Source of the DNA: Psammoneis japonica
Lineage: Eukaryota
Direction: 5' to 3'
DNA length: 64,000 nt
Assembly: GCA_008632985.1 (NCBI GenBank)
Contig: QPGO01000038.1
Location: forward strand, 397,939-461,938
Positions within the stretch are counted from its first letter, which is position 1; each line of letters opens with the position of its first letter. Below are positions 10,477-21,430 of this stretch, piece by piece. Below the pieces are notes generated by a model, which had not been told where the DNA came from, ran no database searches, and was given only the letters and a program-made list of their open reading frames with translations. Made by a program: the position numbers and the translations under genes.

Positions 10477-12955
10477 ATGCTTCTATCTGCTCTTGTTTCT
10501 CTCTTGTTATTGTTACCCCAGTGCTCGGGTGTGGGACTCTTGGCACAGCTGTTTGGCCATACTCGTAATGCCAACGGGGTTTCCTTTCATCCCAATGCCA
10601 GCCGGCTGTTATCGTGTGGTAGCGACTGGACTGTGCGACTATGGGACACTCAAACCTTTGAAGAGCTCGAAGTTTTGCGTGGACACGAGCTTCCGGTTCG
10701 GGCTGTATCTTACAGCCCCGATGGCAAGTGGTTTGCGACTGGATCAGAAGACACGAATGTCAAGATTTGGGATGTATTAAGCTTGCAGGTTGTTCGCACG
10801 CTCACCGGACACGAGGATTCAGTTACGTCTTTGGCATGGAGTCCCGATAGTACCAAGCTATTATCGGGAAGCGATGATGATACGGCTAAACTATGGGATC
10901 CAATAAATGGAGGCGAAGCGATACATTCTCTGTCTCATCGCTCAAGGATTACTGGATTTTCATGGCACCCCGATGGAAGCTCCTTCGTGACGGGAGGCTG
11001 GGATGGCAGAACGAGAATCTGGAATGCGACAACGGGAGCCCTCACACTGTCTATTTTTGAGGGGAACAGTAATATTGATGATGTTACGTTCAATCGCGAC
11101 GGAACGCAGATTGCTGTCAGTTATAACGAAGCCATTCGGATCCGTAGCACGGAAACGCTCGCGTTGATATCGTCTTTCCAAACCGGGGATATTCGTCTGG
11201 TCAACAGCGTGGTATACAGTCCAGACGGCCAAACCTTTGCTACCGGAGGCGCCAGTCGGACTGTCAGACTATGGGATGCCACAACTTTTGAGCAGTTACA
11301 GACGGCAGCCGTACAAGGTATTATACCTCAGCTACAATTCAGTCCTGATGGCAGACACCTGGCGGTGGCGTGTTTTGACGATTCTGTCTATTATATGGAC
11401 CTGAACGAGAATGCCACACCCGCTCCAACCCCAAACCCTCCCGCGCCTGCGCCAGCATCAACGGTAGCAAAACGATTTACCGGGCACACGGGCAACGTCT
11501 GGAGTGTTTCGTTTAGTCCTGATGGCAAATTTATTGCTTCCGGCTCTGTGGACAGCACGGTCAAGATTTGGGATGCAACTGGTGAAAATACTTCGGCACT
11601 CCAAACGCTTGTCGGGCACACCAACGGTGTTGCATCAGTTGCTTATAGCGAAGATGGTACGAAAATTGCATCTGCCGGGGGCGGTGACTTTGCCATTCGG
11701 GTCTGGTCGACCGAGTCATTCGAAACGATTCAGGTTCTTACTGGGCATACCGGTGCTGTTTATTCGGTTGCGTGGAGCCCGGATGGTACCAAGTTGATTT
11801 CTGGAGGTGCAGATGACACTGCCAGAGTATGGAATCTTGCATCTGGCCAAATACTGTACACAACGAATGCTGGTTCACGCGTTTCGGGTGTTGCCTGGAG
11901 TCCAGCAGGCGACAAAATAGCCACAGCTAGCTTCGACGGCAACACTCGTGTCTATAATGCGGATACGGGTGAACTGTTGTGGCGGGTCGTTGAAGGCCTT
12001 GTCGCTGCAGACAAGGTTTATTCAGTCTCTTTCAACACCGACGGAACACATGTTGCCAGTGCCGTTGACACTAGTCTTACTATTCGAAACTCGGATGCTG
12101 GAAACCTTGCTCTTCCGAGAATGTTTGGTCACAGATTCGAAGTGCGATCCGTGGCCTACAGTCCGGACGGAACACGTCTCATTTCTGGGAGTGTTGATGA
12201 AACTCTCAGGATCTGGTAAGTCTTGCCCTAGAGTACAATGTTATAGGAAGGATTCTTCTCTATTTTCTAATTTTTCTTTTTTTCTTCGATACTTCCTTTT
12301 TGTTAGGGATGCTCGAGTCAACAACCACAACTACGCTCTGGAGACATTGTCAGGTCACACAGCAATCGTCAGGGGCGTGGCGTTCAGTCCCGACGGAAAG
12401 TATGTTGCCTCTGCAAGTGATGACGGTGTCATTATGTGGGAGCTCAAAGGAGAAAGTGTAGCAGCAACGGCTCCACCAGTTACGGGAATCCCTACAACGA
12501 GTTCGCCAGTTGCGAGCCCAGATACTCTTTTTCCGACTGTCTTTGCGCCAACGACAACGCCTCCCGCAGTTACGGCTGGTCCGGCGTCGAGCATGCCAAG
12601 TGCTAGCTCCAGTCCATCCCTTGCTCCGACCGCATTAGCCTCGCCACCCCCATTGACCGCCGCCCCAACGACGACGACAGCAGCCCCGTCTTCCGTAACG
12701 ACAACTACTGTAGCCCCGACGGTATCAACCACATCTCCACAGATGACAGCAGCACCTACGCCAACAACGACGTTGGTCCCGACGACACTAGCCCCGAGTA
12801 GTGTATCGGCAACTACACCGCTTCCTTCTGAAGCTCCAAGCGATGGTGGTGGTGGTGGTGGAGGAGGAGGAGGAAATAGCGCTGCCCCATTGTTCAGAAA
12901 CCTTGTTTGTGTCAGCCATGTCGTGGCAGCCTTGTCCTTGATGCTGTTCGTATGA
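10477..12955 (+). CDS. Secreted, probably GPI-anchored tandem WD40 (about 14 repeats) protein; exons 10477-12215 and 12307-12955
   Basis: Signal MLLSALVSLLLLLPQCSG; many GH..V..V.(F/W)SPDG..WD repeats; intron gtaag(12216)..ttag(12306) restores IWDA; then PT stalk, poly-Gly, NS and a hydrophobic C-terminus. Confidence 0.9.
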
Positions 12956-13109
12956 GCTGAAGCGATGGCGTTCTAGCGTAACTTCTAAAAAGGGAATCGA
13001 TTTATAATCACTAGATTCCGTCGGCTTGACTTCTGTTTCATCGCCTTTCAATGTGTTGATCGACAGCATGGTTTCAGCTTGTCGAACAAGTTTAGTGATG
13101 TGGGATACT

Positions 13110-14750
13110 CTCACACCAGTTCGGCTCACATGTCTGGTCATTTTGGCGAGCACACATTGGCAGGTCTTCCCTCCGCGCCATTCTCGTTCCCTGCTCTAGC
13201 TCTGGCAGCTAGTGGCAGGGCCCAACACAATTGTGCAGTGCACCATGTTGGTTTGGCATGAATTGAATGATGATTGTGCATTGATTGCAGGAAGAACTTC
13301 ACTTGGTTGGAAATTTTCTCACTGTCATGAGAACATTCACCGCAGCCATGGTGGTTGAGTGGTGGAAGAGTCTGCTTTAATTTCAGAAACTGTTTTTGCC
13401 AACACACCCATTGTTGCCCATTGCATTTTTTGTTGAACACTTGTGTTGTGTGACATTTGGCTGCATTCCAGAGAGCTGGCCAAAACAGTGGTGCTGACCA
13501 GATTTTAGAATGGGTGCAGTGGCACATTCTCTGGTGGCTCCAATTGACCAATGCAGAACACCAAGTGCAACAGCAACAACAAAGCTCAAATGCACACCGC
13601 CAAAACACTCCACTTGGGCTGCACAACAATTGTGCCACAGAGAGAGCAGGCCAAGCCAGCAACTGAGTTTCAGAGCAGGTGTGAGAAAAAATGCTTTCTC
13701 TGGCAACTGCAGCTAACAAAGGCAAAACATCAAGTGCAACACAGCAAAATGATCATTTTGTTGGCACCCAGCAAGTGAACATTGTCAAAGCACACAAAAA
13801 TCAAGCAGAGATGTTCCAACCCAGGAGTTCACAAAATGTGCAAGTGTGTCTTGTGCTAATCAACACAATGCAAACAAACAATTGGGTGGTCAAAGCTGGA
13901 GAATGAAATTGCAAATGAGAGATTGTGCCAGGAACAAGCACCTCACAACAAATGAGCATTTTGTGAGCACCGCGCAAATTCGTTCAAAGGCAATGATGAC
14001 AAACAGCACTGTCTGCAAAGCAAGAAACAAGGAGGGTTGGCTTTGCAAAATGGTGATGGCAGCCTGTTGCATGGTGCTCAGCTCTGCTGTGTTGCGCTTG
14101 TGTGGCCACTTGTTGGTGTCACAAAGCAAAAGCTGGAACACCCTCAAATGGCCTCTCACGCTTTTTCTCTTGTGACAAAATGACAACCTTTTCCCATGAG
14201 GACAAGCACAAAACAGACATCTTCATTTGTTTTGCTGGAGCAACAAAAATGCTCAGCCATTGAAAGCGAATGAAGTCGCCCTCTGCGTGGGGCGCGGGGC
14301 CAGAGCCAGCTCGCACACACCTGTGGAAAGCTGAAGAGCTCGAGAAATCTTTGAGTGTCTTTGCTCCCCACATCCATGAATCCTCTCTGTTGGGAGGAAC
14401 ACAAAACTGCATTCACATTTGCCATGGTCAAAAAGTGCTGAAAACAATGACTTTTGTGCGGGGAGAGCGACAGAGCTCTGCTCGAAGGCTCCCAGACTGT
14501 GCCCCTCTGGCGGCAAGTGAGTCAGGAGGAGGCAGCATTTCTGAGCATTTTGGGGCACCACCCTGCAAGCTCCCACAGTTTTTTTTTAATTGTTTGGAAA
14601 CTCACAGTGTCCTTTCATTGGCTGCGACTTCAGTGTCAGATTCAGAATGGAGCTGGAGCCGCGCTTCCAGTTGTCGCCACTGCCAGTGGTCGGTCCTGAT
14701 GGGTCGCACGCGTCTGCTCGCTCGTGCGGTCGTTTTCGCTCACCAGGGAA
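13110..14750. other. TpA/CpG-depleted, TpG/CpA-rich degenerate tract A
   Basis: About 7 TA dinucleotides in ~1.6 kb by manual count, all YTAR; few CG in 13200-14250; translations within the tract lack Tyr and are Cys/His rich. Confidence 0.9.
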
Positions 14751-15140
14751 GGCATAAGGGATCGTTTGTCATAAGTCATTTCGCTTTAGACATATGTATG
14801 TCTACATGAAATGCCAGTTTCAGCATAAGTATTTTAAATCATATATCACCTTTTCCGCGAATGAGAATAATGATCATGTCTTGCTGTTTTTCGGAATGAC
14901 TTCAGGACATTTCATTCGTTAAGTAAATACTAAATTACGTCGTGGCGATAGTGCGAATGTGACAAATTAGTCAGTCACAATAAAAAATGATGTTGTGATC
15001 ATTTATCAAACGAGAATTCGAGAGTCTTTCGAGACCACTTCGTCAAATCACTTCTCGTTTCTCTCACAAAAAAACAAAATCATAAAGAGAGAACACTTAC
15101 GAGAAACCCATAACGTTGACTCTTCACTTTTTAGACAACC

Positions 15141-16468
15141 ATGCGTTTCCTTTCCCTTGCTTTCCTGTTGGCCGCTTGCGCCATTGGCGTCAGTGGATCG
15201 GTCGCTGAGGACAACAATGCCTCAGTAAGTGCTACATGAAAAACGGAGTCTTTCTCATATTGTATTATCCCCGTTCTCATTTGCATTCCTTGCTCGCCTA
15301 GCAGGTGCAGCTTGAAGACCTATATGAAGGTGGTCCTGTTGAAGAAGAACAAGATGGCGCTGTCGTCTTGGAAGGAGACGAGCAAGAGCATCGGAATTTA
15401 CGACGTACGCGACCCTCTCAAAGGAATAGAGGTGTCTTGCCCAAAGGTGTCAGAAAAGTGACGAATTCCGATGGCACGAGCACCTATATAATGAGTGTTT
15501 ATGTCTGGTACTGGTTGGGGGCGAAAGACTTGTGCATCAATCCTATCGAGTGGTGCAACTCTAAAGTTATCGAAGAGTTTGAATTCGCAAATTTGTACCA
15601 AGACGAACCTGATGCGAGTGCGGTCTACGCAATGGTGGAAGCTGGGGCCACCTGCTGGGCACAGGCTAAGTCCCTCACAAGGCTGAACGCCATGGTTCTT
15701 GGGCAAGCCGAACTCACCGTCAACCAAATAGGACGTATCGGGCCAATTCCAGAAGTCAATTTCAAATCGAAGTTGCACACGTGTACACTGTCTGTGGCAT
15801 TCGCCCGAAGTGAGTCCGAAGCTGCAGCTTTCTCCCAAGGGACAGCTGGTGCAGCGGTTGAACCGAATGCAATGTGCCAAAACCTCCCGCGTAATCACAG
15901 GTGGATCAGGCATCGTATGTGTACCGAAGGATATGGGGAAGTGGAAGCTACTGGCGAGGCTGATGCTGTCAGCACCTCTTCCGCTTTTTCCCGTTCGCTT
16001 GCAGAGTCCAGAAATTCTCAGCTAGTAAGCGTGATATCCAAAGGCAGGAGTATCAATTTCTTTGAGGCTGTTGTGGTAGGAGGAGCGTCGAGCTTCACTC
16101 AGTCCAGAGCCAAAACGGTTACTTCTGCCATCACAGACGTCGTCGCCGATGCAGATGGTTACACTTGGATTCAAAATTGCATAGAGTGGCTGGTGGATTT
16201 CTGCGGTAGCCACCCGTTCCCTTGGTGCAAGCCAGTTAAAATCGACGAGTATTGTAGAGATGCAGAAGCGGAGGCCTATACCAGGGTCAGCGCCAAGGCC
16301 GACGCTTTTTCCAAGGCTGTTGCGGCATCATTCGGAAACCTCGAAGTTTCAGTTGCATTGAACGCGTATTTGAAACGCAACGAAATTACGGGTGCAATTG
16401 ACATGGGCTTGAACAAGGATTCCGGTTTTTCTGCAGGAGTCGTCACCACCTGTAGAGCTAAGACCTAG
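15141..16468 (+). CDS. Secreted Ala/Ser-rich Cys-containing protein of unknown function; exons 15141-15224 and 15305-16468
   Basis: Exon 1 MRFLSLAFLLAACAIGVSG is a signal peptide; phase-0 intron gtaagt..gcag (80 nt); acidic pro-region ending RNLR. Confidence 0.85.
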
Positions 16469-17359
16469 AAAGAACGATGGAATGCGTTGAGCGAACAGGG
16501 GCGATGAGGTCGTCTTTTCGCTGGGTGTTGAACGATTGTTTGGAAGTGCATGTTTAGTGGAGATCATTAGTAAAAGATGGAGTTACTCAAACGGTCTCAT
16601 CGTGAGTGACACAAGTTGATGGGAGAAGATGGCTTGAATATTGTCTCGCAAATTGATATTACGTAGTTTAGCAAGTATTTGTCTGTGTTCAGTAGTGAAG
16701 CTAAACTTAAAACTCTAGAGTATTGATAACCTTAGGATCTGATTGTGGGCAGTCCCGATCCAACGACCGCAACAACCCCACAGCGACGATGGCGATGGTG
16801 TTTGTTTGCTGTGGGGGAGTGTGTGGAGGCGCCGATGAGATGCGAAGGGCTGCAACATTCTAGAGGTGATTGCTGGGTGACTGTAGGAAGGAATCTCCAT
16901 ACCTGTGATACCGTATTTCATGGCAAGGAGGATCGAATGGAAATAGAGCAGTCCTGGCACTCTATGTTTACTCTCTAGTAGCTGCTCTAGAGTAACTACT
17001 CTCTAGATGGTAGAGGCTCTTATTGGAGAGTAGAACACCTTCACTTTATCAACCGTATACCGGTACGTCGTCCGGAACCACGATTCACAACCGCAGTAGA
17101 GGTGATCACGGGAATAGATACATCGACTGGCATAATGAATATGATCATAATTTCCACGATTGAACAGCTCACACAAATCCCGGATCGGGCAAGATTTGGC
17201 TCCAATGAAGCTGCACCTTCGACAAAAGAAACTGTTCGGCAACTCTTTGCACCAACAAGAGTCCCATCCTTTACAATGCCATGCCTCTTTGACAATCGCT
17301 TTTTCAAGAGATGTGTTGAGAGGGAAGTGCGCGACATGCAACATTCGTTTGCCCCGCCG

Positions 17360-18400
17360 ACGATGACAATCATTGAAACATTGATGCTCCTTGTGTGGTG
17401 CATCATTGTCACATTGACTTCGCTGCCACACTTGGTCCTGCATGAGGAAAATGTGTTTAAAGCAACACAGGATGGCGATGCAACCAGGGTGCGAAGCAAG
17501 CAATCTCGGCATTCAAGCCGTGTCTTGCAGTGGCAGCGGCAAGAAGGGTGGCAAGAAGGGTGGCAGTGGTGGCAAGAAGGCTGGCAGCGCCAGCAACAAG
17601 GAAGGGTGCATCACCGTGCCCTCTGCGACAGCGGCACCGACAACTGGTCCAACGCCAAAATTTGCCCTTGCACCTCCATTGACAGACCCGATTTGAGTGA
17701 CCTCATCGCCGTCACAACGTCCAACGTCTTTGCCGACACCTCCTCCAACACCGCCACCGTCACCTCGTCCTGGTCCTCAGCCAACACCACAGCCATCACC
17801 TCATCCCACTCCTCAGCCAACACCACAGCCATCCCCAACTCTGACCACAAGGCCCGCACCCAACCCTGCATGCCCTCCAATGCCTGGACCAACAACACCT
17901 CCCCCTGCAATGCCGATTGTGCCACTGATGCCTTCGCCATTGAGCATTTGAACCTAACTGCCAACTCCTCAACTGTCGCTTCCTCCACTGACATGTCCTC
18001 ACACTTTAAATCCAACAGAAATGCCAGTGCCCCCACCAGTGCTGCTGCTGCCAACAAAGCAACCGACTGCCCCTCCAACTCCAGCACCGATGCCTCCACC
18101 AACTCCAGCACCGATGCCTCTGCCAACTCCACCTCAAACAATGCAACCAACACCCCCACCAAATCTAGCACCATCACCACCACCCACAAAAGAGAGCCAA
18201 CAGCTCCTCCAACACCACAGCCAACCCCACAACCAATGACGGAACCAACGTCCAGGCCTGCAAGCGCTCCAACCAATGCTCCGACGGGGGTTTCTGACAC
18301 AATCTCCTTCAAAAGCACCATCCAAATCACCTTCTGCAGCACCGAGTGACATGCCGTCATGGTTGCCTTCCTTCTCATGGAAGATTCTCGTTGCATCTCA
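17360..18400 (+). pseudogene. Decayed silaffin/mucin-like cell-wall protein gene (RxL, GKKGGKKG, Pro/Thr repeats)
   Basis: Hydrophobic N-terminus, SRVL, SGSGKKGGKKGGSGGKKAG, then PT repeats across frameshifts with Met/Leu at expected Thr/Pro positions. Confidence 0.7.
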
Positions 18401-19310
18401 TGACAGCTTGGATTTGGGATGCGCGCAACACAAATGGTGATGCCTGGCATGATGATGTTGTTGTTTGATTTTCTCAAGGCAAGTGCAGCTGAGTGGCTGA
18501 AGGAAAAAAGGAAAGGACAAAAATCACACCACACATGATGATGCTCAGCAGTGGAGCAACAGGTGTTGGAGGACAATCTTGGGATTTTTGGCCAGCTTCG
18601 TTGGATTGAGAAGTGAGCCCAAATGGAGCAGCCATGTCAAGCCATGCAGGGGTGAGGAAAGCACTCATGATGCTGGAGCAACAGAGCTGCAATGCTGAAG
18701 GAGGACAAAAGAGCTCATCCTCAAAGTGCTGCTGCTCCACCTGTGGATTGAACTCACAAATGCTGATGCCAGATCAGGCAAGAGGCTTGTTGTAGATTTT
18801 CAGATTCTGTGCACAAAATCACAGAACCTTTCATGCATGGCAAATGGCAGCAACAAAAGGCCAAACACGATGGGGGGTTGCTTCACCCAGACATTCAAAT
18901 CCATCAACTCTGATGTCAGTGACAAAATCAGGGATGCATCATTGAAGATTCAAGGTTGGTGAGTTGCATCACCATTTTTTGAATGATTTCATCATTTGCA
19001 CATTTGATTGAGCCCCACCCTCCTGTGCCATCTGTTGACAGGGGGTGGACAATCCTGAAGACTTGCAGAAATGGAGAAGGAATGGGAGCAGCTGAAGCAA
19101 CAAGCTGGGGCTGCAGAGACAGACACCAACATGGATGGCTTTTTGTTGGTGGGAGATGCACCCAACTCAGGCTCCACAAGTGATTCTCAAGGTTCTAGAA
19201 GAGACACAATGGAACATCAAGGATCATCATTGACTTTTGCTGCTGTCGAGCAACTGCCATCACTGTCACTCAACATTGTGATGGGTTCAAACCAAGATGT
19301 CTCCCATCAT

Positions 19311-19557
19311 TCTGATGCACCAGCTCCAGAAGGAATGAACATGGAGATGCCAGCATCCAACTGCAGTGCACAACTTGAACAGCAGAAACAAATCCTGACA
19401 TTGGCACAGTGGCGCGCACTTCAATGCAGATGCCAAATGCACTTGACCAAGAATCTTGTGGAGTCAAGCCTCAACATGCAAGTGGCTTCTTCAGATGCAT
19501 TGGCTCCAGAAGGAATGCACATGGAGAAAACAGCATCAAACTGTGCAGCGCACAATG
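19311..19557 (+). repeat. Diverged ~65-bp direct repeat pair, 180-bp period
   Basis: tctgatgcaccagctccagaaggaatgaacatggaga (19311) versus tcagatgcattggctccagaaggaatgcacatggaga (19491). Confidence 0.85.
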
Positions 19558-21189
19558 ACCTGGCACCACTCTTGCTGCTGCATTAGAAAGAAACACCAAC
19601 AGTGGCAGTGGCACACATTTCAACAATGATGCCAAATGCACATGGCCAACTGTCTCACACCATTTTGCATGTTTCTTGTGTGGAGTTCAGACTCAAGAAT
19701 CAAACAACTTCTGATGATGGCAATGAGCACCACACAGACACACCCAGTGACAAGATCACAGGAAATCCCAAATTGCCACCTCAAGCTGCTTTGGAATCAA
19801 CAAAGTCGCTGGCATCCAACTGCCATGACATCCAGCTGTAGAAGCCACTGGCAACAACTCTGTGCTGCCATGCATGAGGCAACCATGAGTCAGCAAACTT
19901 GCCAGCAGCACATGCTTTGAGTGTTTTAGAAGGGTTGCAATGCCAAAACAAATTTGCAACAAAATGATGGCAAGCAAGCCTGTCAAAGACCCAGAGAAGG
20001 GGTGTCTTCCAAGTCCAGCAATGCCTGCACATCTGTGCAGAAATTGCCAGAAATGCAGACAGATTGTCTCTGCAGATCCTGCGTGTTCTGTGCACGCTTG
20101 CTGTTCAACAGTGCATTGATTTTACAACAGGCTGCAAATTGGATTTTGTCTTGTTCATGAGCAACATTGTTTGCACCATGAGGTGCTGGGGTTTTGTGTG
20201 CCAAATTGTTGGGTTCTGTGACTGTGTGGTTTCTGTGCAGGTGCCGCACACCATTTTGTTCCACATGTTGGTCTGCCCATCCATCCATCACTTCTGTCAA
20301 TTGTGTTTGTGCAGTGGCTGTGCTGCCCCAAAAGTCCTTTTTCTCATTTGTTGTTGCTGGCCATTGTTGCAGCAGACATTGCCTGCCATGAACATGCAAG
20401 AGCTCTGGCACAGCCACACACATGTGATTGCTGCTGGCTGCCATTGTGCCCATGTCTCCAGAGGTGGGAGAAGTGGACAAGGGGAGCCACAACACCAAGG
20501 CAGTGGCTGCATCTCTTCAACTCCTTTTTGAAGAATTTTCAGCGGACAGATGATGGATGCTTGGCTCCTCATGATGCAGACCCCTCTTCATTTCAGGACC
20601 AACGACCACCAATGCTGTTGAAGCCTGTGTCAAACTTTCTGAACACCTTGCAGCTGCCTGAGCAAGATGCCACAATGGACTTTTAACCTGAAAACATTGG
20701 TGATGCCATGGATGAAAGCAGAAAAAAAAGAACGAATGCCCTGACAAAACATCTGAGGGCAATGATGAACAGAAACAAAACAGAGCCAGACAATGAACCA
20801 TCAACAATGCCAGAGCATGTGGCGCACACTTGCCTTGTCAGTGTGGTTGATTTTGTGTGCTGGCCAAGGCAACACCAAGCCAGGTGAGAAAGTTCCTTGG
20901 CACTTGCTTTGCCAATGCAAGGTCAAAAAACCTGGCATTCTTGGAGAAGCAGCAACATGCAAGGTGACTGTGCTGCAGGAATTGAAGCCTCAAACACTGC
21001 AAACAAAAGCAACACATGAACAACACCCACCAATCTGATTTGCACACTGGCGCCCATTGTCATGACCATTTTGTGTTGCAAGCAAAGCCATGGTTGGGGC
21101 CCAGTCATTCATGGAGTCAGCACTTGAGAGGGTCAAGGACAGAAGTGACACAGGAGAAAGCAAAGCTGTGTGTGCTTTTTGGTCAGTGA

Positions 21190-21430
21190 GTCAGTCTTTG
21201 GACAATTCACTTTGGGCATTGACCGATGGTGAGCTTGCCCAACTGGCCAATGATGAGCTTTCAAAAATTGGGTTGGTGGAGACCAATCAGCTGTGGATGG
21301 AGTGGTGCACACAGGGTTCTGCAGGCTTGTCCTGTCTTTTGTGAAACCACCGAGAGGCCATTGAGATGATCCATGAATGTGTCGCCACATCGTTCACCAG
21401 TCTTCAGACCACAGGATGGGATGGTGGTCA
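21190..21430 (+). pseudogene. Fragment of the C-terminus of a bacterial-type FAD-dependent oxidoreductase (protoporphyrinogen-oxidase-like, PRK07208-type)
   Basis: LWALTDGELAQLANDELSKIGLV..VDGVV..RVLQACPV..IHECV..LQTTGWDG matches the recalled family pattern LW..SDEEL..LA..EL..IGL...VDG.VVRVPKAYPV..IREY...LQTIGRNG. Confidence 0.65.

Noticed and set aside
17611..18576. 321-aa Val/Gly/Ala-rich minus-strand ORF
   Set aside because: Antisense shadow of the Pro/Thr repeat pseudogene
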